Shown here: positions 56,290 through 64,000 of the stretch, one piece after another
How the letters are laid out: every line of letters starts with the position of its first letter
How positions within the stretch are numbered: the first letter of the stretch is position 1
Source: Octopus vulgaris
Lineage: Eukaryota
Direction: 5' to 3'
NCBI GenBank assembly: GCA_951406725.2
Contig: OX597815.1
Span: 19,964,001-20,028,000, forward strand
Length of the DNA: 64,000 bases
Notes under the pieces: model-generated
Told to the model about the DNA's origin: nothing
The model's database searches: none
The model's input: the letters and a program-made list of their open reading frames with translations, nothing else
Position numbers and translations under genes: made by a program

Positions 56290-57130
56290 TATCTGATTAT
56301 ATTGTGAGTTTTCTCTTGTAAATCAATTTTTGTAAGCCCATGAGATCAAAAATTCATGTTGTTTATGAATATGAGTTCCGTCGTGGAACCAATGCATCCC
56401 AGACAGCTCGAAACATCAATGAGGCGTTTGGTGAAGATGTGGCGAATGAGCGCACTGTACGTCGATGGTTTGAGAAGTTCCGGTCTGGTGATTTTGCTCT
56501 TGAAAATCAGCACCGTAGTAGACCTGAGACTAAAGTGGATATGGATGAGCTGAAAACTACGCGTGAGTTAACAGCAAGGTTTGATGTGTCGATTCCAACT
56601 GTATTGGACCGTCTGAAACAAATCGGCAAGGTAAAGAAGCTGGACAAGTAGGTACCACACGAACTGAACGGGCATCAAATGACACGTCATCTTGAAACTT
56701 GCTGTTTTTGGCCGTCACAGCATAAAAGCGAACCATTTTTGGATCGTATTGTCGCGTGTGATGAAAAATGGTTCGATAGCGACGAAGTCTCAAAACACAG
56801 TCTAAAAAAGAATATTAACCAAAAAAAAAAAGCTAATGGTGTCTGTTTGGTGGTCCAGCGCTGGTGTCATCCACTACAGCTTCATGAGACCTGGTAAATC
56901 AATTACAACTGATGTATACATCAACCATTTGGATGAAATGATGAGTGAACTTGCAATTAAACAATCGAGATTGGTCAATAGAGACAGACGAATTCTCTTG
57001 CAAGACAATACTCGGCAACATGTTGTGCAAAGAACGCTACTCAAGTTACAGGAACTGAACTTGGAAAGTACTCTGTCATCTACCATATTCACCAGACCTT
57101 GCAGCTACTGACTATCATATTTTCTAGGTA

Positions 57131-57545
57131 TTACTCTTTACTTTTTACTCTTTACTCTTTTACTCTTTTACTTGTTTCAGTCATTTGACTGCGGCCATGC
57201 TGGAGCACCACCTTTAATCGAGCAACTCGACCCCAGGACTTATTCTTTGTGAGCCCAGTACTTATTCTATCAGTTCTTTTGCCGAACCGCTAAGTGACGG
57301 GGACATAAACACACCAGCATCGGTTGTCAAGCAATGCTAGGAGGACAAACACAGACACACAAACACACACACACATATATATACATATAGACGACAGGCT
57401 TCTTTCAGTTTCCGTCTACCAAATCCACTCACAAGGCTTTGGTCGGCCCGCGGCTATAGTAGAAGACACTTACCCAATGTGCCACGCAGTGGGACTGAAC
57501 CCAGAACAATATGACTGGTAAGCAAGCTACTTACCACACAGCCAC
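57131..57545 (-). mobile_element. SINE S2 with expanded (tactcttt)n tail
   Basis: Interrupts the transposase just after the SPDLA motif. Confidence 0.9.
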
Positions 57546-57784
57546 TTTTTGCAAGGAAAGAAGACTTTAAATATGATGATGCAAAAACAGCCTTTCGTGA
57601 TTTCATTACCTCTTACTCTCCAGAATTCTTCGCTGCCGGCATAAATAAGCTACCGATAAAATGGCAAAATTTTATTGATAATTTAGGTCCATACTTTGAT
57701 TAACTGCATTGCTTTTTGTTGAGATAAAATAAAATAAATTTTCAGTTCAAAATCGGACATTTCCTGCTTAGTGACCTGATAATA

Positions 57785-58005
57785 AGGCAGTGAGGAGGCA
57801 GAATCGTTAGCGCGCCGTGTAAAATGCTTAGCGGCATTTCTTCCGTCATTTTATGTTCCAAGTTCAAATTCTACTGAGGTTGACTTTGCCTTTCATCTTT
57901 TCGGGGTCGGTAAAATAAACACCTATTAAACATTGGGATCGATTGCATCAACTTACTCCTCTTCTTCTAAAATTGTTGGCCTTGTGCCAAAATTTGAAAC
58001 TAATA
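57785..58005 (+). mobile_element. SINE S3, older monomer with a different tail
   Basis: Head and Nin/Deu-like domain; tail gccttgtgccaaaatttgaaac. Confidence 0.8.
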
Positions 58006-58765
58006 TCCGTGATATTAATACTAAATTATCTTAATTTGGTATTAATATCATAAAAGGGGTGATAACAGCAATGTTTACGGTAAGTGTCGAAAAAGATATT
58101 AACGGTGAGTGACAAGGGGGATGTTAACTGCGAGAAATGGTAAACGATAGCAATGTTGTTAAAGAGTGATGAAAGAAATATCAATAATGAGAGATAACAT
58201 CTATGTTAACGTTGAGTGGTGACATCAGTGTTAACAGTGAATGATGGCAGTGAGGTAAGTGGTGATGACAGCAATATTAGCGGTGAATGAAGACAATAAT
58301 TTCCATGTGAGTGATCACAAAATGGGAACGATTGATGATAACAATGTTAATGGTTAGTAACGGCTGCATTTATAACACGGAGGGATATTTCAGTAAACCG
58401 AGCATTTTAGAGAGTAATGTGAGTGATGAGTGATGGGAGTAGTGTTAACGATTAATGATTACAGCAATGTAGACAGAAATTTTAATATTGAGTAATAGCA
58501 TCTATGTTAACATTGAGTGATTGTAGATATGTTAACTGAAGATTATGGTTATACTAACAGTTAACTGTGAATTATGAAAACCGTTAACAGCTATGTTAAT
58601 TGTGATGCATGTCAGTAATATTAATTGTGAGTGATGACAGTAATCTTGGCCGTTACAGACGACAGCAATATTGACAATAAGTGATGACAGAAATGTTAAC
58701 AATGATAGATGATGACACTGTTAACAGAGAAAGCTGACAACTATATTAATTGTGAATGATTACAG

Positions 58766-59079
58766 CACTCAAATATATTATATTTCTAAATATCTCATAG
58801 AGATATGTACGGTGGTGGGGCGATATAATAGTTGTATACTGTCAATTTAACGTGACAGTAGGGGATTACACCACCGCTGTTTAGCCCTAGGAAGCATCGA
58901 ACGCTTCCTGTCGGCTTCGACACATTTACTGTGTCCTTATATATATTTCTCCCCTTCGTAAATATATATATAAAGACACAGTAAATGTGTCGAAGCCAAC
59001 AGGAAGCGTTCGATGCTTCCTAGGGCTAAACAGCGGTGGTGTAATCTCCTACTGTCACGTTAAATTGACAGTATACAAC
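58766..59079. mobile_element. Foldback insertion (about 118-bp arms, 58831-59079) with 8-bp TSD
   Basis: gattacag at 58758 and 59080; arms near-identical; left side carries 65 extra nt. Confidence 0.8.
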
Positions 59080-59639
59080 GATTACAGTAATGTTAATGGT
59101 GAACGATGGCAGCAATGCAATTATTCAGAGTTGAGAGAAATGATAACAATGAATGATGACAGATATGTTAAAGGAGTACTGATAATAATATTGACATTGA
59201 GTGATACGACTGATATGTTAATAGGTCTAATAACAACAATCTTATTAACGAATGCAGCGTGTGAACAGCGATCACAAAGATGTTAGCAGTGAGAGATTAC
59301 AATAAGCAACGACATTAGTGATCATTGTGAGTGATAATAGTAGTGTTTATAGTGATGACAGGAATATTAATAGTAGGTGATGACACCAATATTAGTGGTG
59401 AATAATGACGTCAGAGTTAAAGGTGTGTGATGACTGCAATGTTAACAGTGACTGATTTATAACAACATTAACAAAGAATGATGAGAGAAACTTTAATAGT
59501 GTGTGCTAACAGCAATATGAATGGTGAGTGATGAACTCATTGTTACCAAAAGTAACAGCAAAGATAGCAGCAGCCAGTGTTGGGCAGTAATGTGATGACT
59601 AAAGCGTTACCGCTGATGCAGCGGCATTAACTATGAGGA

Positions 59640-60242
59640 AGGCGGAGAGCAGGCAGAATCGTTAGCACGCTGGGCGAAATGCTTAGCAGTATTTCGTCTG
59701 CCGCTACGTTCTGAGTTCAAATTCTGCCGAGGAAAGACTTTGCCTTTTATCCTTTCGGGGTCGATTAAATAAGTACCAGTTACGCACTGGGGTCGATGCA
59801 ATCGTCTTAATCCCTTTGTCTGTCCTTGTTTGTCCCCTCTGTGTTTAGCCTCTTGTGGGAAATAAAGAAATAAGAAGCGTTAACACGCCGGGCGAAATGC
59901 TTAGCGGTATTTCGTCTGTCTACGTTCTGAGTTCAAATTCCGCCGAGGTCGACTTTGCCTTTCATCCTTTCGGGGTCGATTAAATAAGTACCAGTTACGC
60001 ACTGGGGTTGATATAATCGACTTAATCCGTTTGTCTGTCCTTGTTTGTCCACTCTATGTTTAGCCCCTTGGACGAAATGCTTAGCGGTATTTCGTCTGTC
60101 TTTACGTTCTGAGTTCAAATTCCGCGGAGGTCGACTTTGCCTTTCATCTTTTCGGGGTCGATAAATTAAGTACCAGTTGCATACCGGAGTCCATCTTATC
60201 ACCTGGCCCCAAAATTTCAGGCCTTGTACCTAAAGTAGAAAT
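59640..60242 (+). mobile_element. SINE S3 trimer
   Basis: Three modules; junction gaaata|agaagcgtt at 59872. Confidence 0.88.
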
Positions 60243-60355
60243 CTATTAACAATGAGGGCAGCAAAATAAAATTGAAAGTGATGACACTAAATTTGGAAGC
60301 TGGATAGCATTAACACTAATAATGTGTTCAGAGCAATGTGATGACAGCGAAAGTA

Positions 60356-60893
60356 TTGGGTTGTCCGGAAAGTTCGTGCCGATTTATAGTAGCTTACTTA
60401 TTTTAGAACATGGTTGAGTCCATAAAATAGGATTTAAAGCACAGTTTCAGCTATCTTTTCGTGGAAGAAGGTTTATGTTCCTATAACCTGTGTTAATTCT
60501 ATAACCCTTTAAAATGGAAGATAAGAAAGTTCATTTTCGGCACTTGATGCTTTGGGAACCAGACAAAAATTGCTGCAGATCGGCTGGGATGTGTTACACC
60601 ACCCTCCATATTCACCAGATATTGCTCCTTCGGATTTTCACTTATTCAGGTCTCTGCAGAATAGTCTTAATGGTAAAAGTTTCAATTCCTTGGATGACGT
60701 AAAAAGATACCTTGATGAATTCTTTGCCATGAAACCACCTCAATTCTGGGAAGAGGGTATTTTCAAGTTAAAGGGAAGATGGGGACGCATTGTGCAACAA
60801 AATGATTCATATTTGGTTGATTAAACATTCAATGGCAAGTATTTATTGACTTTTTGCCTTTAAAAATCGGCACAAACTTTCCGGACAACCCAA
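60356..60893 (+). mobile_element. Internally deleted mariner (538 bp), same family as 11749-12697
   Basis: Both TIRs and TA TSD; MEDKKVHFRHLML fused to the C-terminal HPPYSPDIAPSDFHLF region. Confidence 0.95.
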
Positions 60894-61629
60894 TAATTAT
60901 AATGAGCAATGTCTGTAATGTAAACTATTAGTGATGAAAGAAGTGTTAATGCTGTTGACAACGGTATAAACAGTGAGTGCGATAATGTAAAAGGTGAGTG
61001 GCGACAGTAATGTTAACTACGGATCTTCACGGTAATGTTAATAGCGAACAATAACATATATCTAGCGATAAATGATAACAGTAACGTTAATGATTAGTGC
61101 TGACAGCAATGCTTAAGATATTTGATAACAAGAATGTTGACGATATCAACAGTAAGGTTAACTGTGACAGCATAATTTTAACAGCGGGTGAAGACAGCAA
61201 TTTTAACGAATGAGTGGAGACGGCAATGTTAACATCGATGACAAAAATGCTATCAAACGAACGATGGAAGCAAACATTATGAGTGAGTGATTGCAGTTAT
61301 GTTAAAGATCGATGACAGCAATATTAACTGTGATTGATTACATCGATTTTAACGGTGTGTGATGAGAACAATGTTAACTGTAATGACAGCAATATCGACA
61401 ATGATAATAGCATGTTTAGGATTGATGACAAACCTTAACAGCAAGAGATGAAAACAAGGTTAGAAGTGATGACAGCAGTATTAAATTTGATGACAGCATC
61501 ATTAATAGCAACTACCACAATGTTAACGGGGATTTATAGGAGCAGAGCTTAACAGTAAGCAATGACAGCAATGTGAGTTTATGTTAATAGTGATGCCAGC
61601 AATGCTAATGCGAATAATCATTTTTATTT

Positions 61630-62290
61630 TAAGTACAAGGTCAGCAGTTTGGAGGGAGTGGGTAAGACGATTAAATCAACCCCAGTGTTCAACTAGTACA
61701 TGATTTATCGATCCCGAAAGGATGAAAAGCAAAGTCGAACTCGGTGGAATTTGAACTCAAAACATAAGGACGGACGAAAGTACGCTTATCGTTTCGCCCG
61801 GCGTGCTAACGATTCTTATTTCTTTACTACCCACAAGGGGCTAAACATAGAGGGGACAAACAAGGACAGACAAAGAGATTAAGTCGATTACATCGACCCC
61901 AGTGCGTAACTGGTACTTATTTAATCGACTCCGAAAGGATGAAAGGCAAAGTGAACCTCGGCGGAATTTGAACTCAGAACGTAACGGCAGACGAAATACC
62001 TATTTCTTTACTACCCACAAGGGGCTAAACACAGAAGGGACAAACAAGGACAGACAAATGGATTAAGTCGATTAAATCGACCCCAGTGCGTAGCTGGTAC
62101 TTAATTTATCAACCCCGAAAGGATGAAAGGCAAAGTCGACCTCGGCGGAATTTGAACTCAGAACGTAGCGGCAGACGAAATACCTATTTCTTTACTACCT
62201 ACAAGGGGCTAAACATAGAGTGGACAAACAGGGACAGACATAGGTATTAAGTCGCTGTGCATTTCACCCGGCGTTCTAACGTTTCTGCCA
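61630..62290 (-). mobile_element. SINE S3 concatemer
   Basis: Three LINE-type tails, with junctions at 61816, 62000 and 62185. Confidence 0.88.
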
Positions 62291-64000
62291 GGCCTTGTGC
62301 CTAGAGTAGAAAAGAATTTTAACAGTGGCTGCTGCTATTTTGACATCAGTAACCTAACAGTAATGTTAACAAAGATGACGACAGTGTTAGTGATAAGGGT
62401 AGTGTTAATAGTGATAACAGTAATCTTAACAGTGTTGACATATTTGATTAACAGTGATAATAACGAAGAAACTCAGAATATATGAGAAATCACCAAAGAA
62501 AAGTTATTGTTCTATAATTATATTTTCTAAGTTTCTCCCTAATATAGAGAGGTTATTTTGGCATTGTTATTTGGATAGAGCTGCATGGAAATGGCGGAAA
62601 TTGGATATATTTCAAAATGTTAGCCTAATTTTAGGGAAAATTGGCTCAACTAGACTAACGCCAGATCTATTGGCAACGTTAGTCAAACTAAATTCAGGCG
62701 TTGTTTTGACCTCAGCTGAAATTTATATTTTGTGCATATTTTGTCTCGTTTATGCGATGCTAGTAAATAACCAGAGTGTAATTTGTCTAAAATGTAATAA
62801 GAATCCAGGGCTGACGTCATATAAGTTATGAGAGATGTTGATAGCAAAATTTACATTAACTGATTCTAATCTAAAATGGCAGCTTTGTTTAAAGGAAATT
62901 TCCATCATGGTAGAGTAATGATAGTATTTAAAAGATACATATTCTGTTAAATTCAGTTTATGTTTTATATTAGGATACAATATTAGGTATCAAAAATGTC
63001 CATTGTATATCTTACAGTCTGGTCGCTTATATTGCCATATCATTGATTCTTCAATTTAACCCTTTTTCTAAAACTGTTCCGAGCCATGCAACATATCGTC
63101 CTGCCTACACTCGCCATGTTCTTTATAGGTTTTCTATAGGTCTCTTTATAGGTTCTTTTTTCTAGTACCAGATTGCTTAAAGGTATATTGTTATGGTTTT
63201 GTAAAAGAAGAATGATATATCCTCAAATTTCACGTTGTGTCTCCTTACATTTTAAGTTCAAATCCCACCAAGTTCTACCTTGCCTTTCATCTCTCCTAGG
63301 TCAATAAAACTTTGGTACCAATCTTATACTTACTCTGATTTAATCAATTATACTCCTCTCGACATGATCCGAATGTTTACTACAGAATAGGCTCACCCTT
63401 CACTCAACCCTCTTCCATTTTTCTTAAAGAATGGAACACAGCAGGTAGTTTCCCGCAACATCATCACATCTACTGTAAAAAAAAAATCGACCTCAGTACG
63501 CAACTGTTACTTCATTTATCGACTCCGGATCGATGAAAAGCAGAGTTGGTGTCAATTGAGTTTGAATTCAGAACCCAAAGAGTAGGAAATGGTATTGCAA
63601 GGAAATTTTCCAACGCCCTAACGACCGAGAACTCAGAATTAGTAGTTTAAAGTAATTTTGCTAAGAATTCGTTAAGCAGTACTGTGTTACTACGTCACTA
63701 AATCTGTTTGGATAGTATTTTAATACAATAGTGCTTATTTAATTCTTAATATATCGAATATTTTCTAGAAACGTATGGCACATTATTAATATAGAATATA
63801 TAAGCAATTAGTCACAACAGGTGAAGGAATGACAGGATTCACCTTATATACATAGATACAGCTGTCTAGTTAAGAAACTCACTTCGTATTCATATAGTTC
63901 CGAAGGCGATCTCATTATGGTTGACACTAGAGTCTTTTCCTATTGTCCCAGGACAACCTATGTTGTCTATACGGAAGTCCATCAGACGGACTGTACCTGT

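Larger units (their letters stand above)
55758..57779 (+). mobile_element. Full-span mariner (cecropia-like) with two nested S2 SINEs
   Basis: TA-flanked imperfect TIRs tcaggtataattaagaatgaaatgtctgat / atcggacatttcctgcttagtgacctga; YEYEFRRGTNASQTARNIN, CDEKW, QDNTRQH and YSPDLAATDY motifs. Confidence 0.9.
58060..62470. repeat. Highly degenerate about 25-bp satellite, interrupted by four insertions
   Basis: Consensus about GATGACAGCAATGTTAACAGTGAGT; 25-bp period counted at 58633-58710. Confidence 0.8.

Noticed and set aside
56340-57111. SETMAR-like domesticated transposase gene
   Set aside because: Stops, frameshifts, nested SINEs and TIRs, with no SET domain: a dead mariner.

Overview
AT-rich, repeat-saturated eukaryotic intergenic/intronic DNA. 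The SINE, microsatellite and transposon content is most consistent with an octopod cephalopod (inferred from recognised repeat types, not from a search). No host protein-coding gene can be supported: nearly all listed ORFs are microsatellite read-through or decayed transposon ORFs. Content: seven mariner remnants; RTE, Tx1/L1, R4-like, CR1-group and Penelope-like retroelement remnants; one non-autonomous Helitron; three or more tRNA-derived SINE families; a 36-bp minisatellite; a decayed 25-bp satellite. Main observations: (1) about six unrelated families of short elements carry minimal hammerhead-ribozyme-like motifs of the Penelope type. Five loci are inverted (foldback) pairs with the motifs reading outward, two families show the compensatory U3-A8 core, most abut (TA)n, and a decayed RT+GIY-YIG Penelope element lies in the same window. 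(2) A Nin/Deu-domain SINE shares its 3' tail with a Tx1-like LINE in the window and has repeatedly inserted at two fixed sites in its own tRNA-like head, building concatemers. (3) That LINE splits a (GATA)n array. All coordinates were read by eye, and boundaries of decayed elements are approximate.
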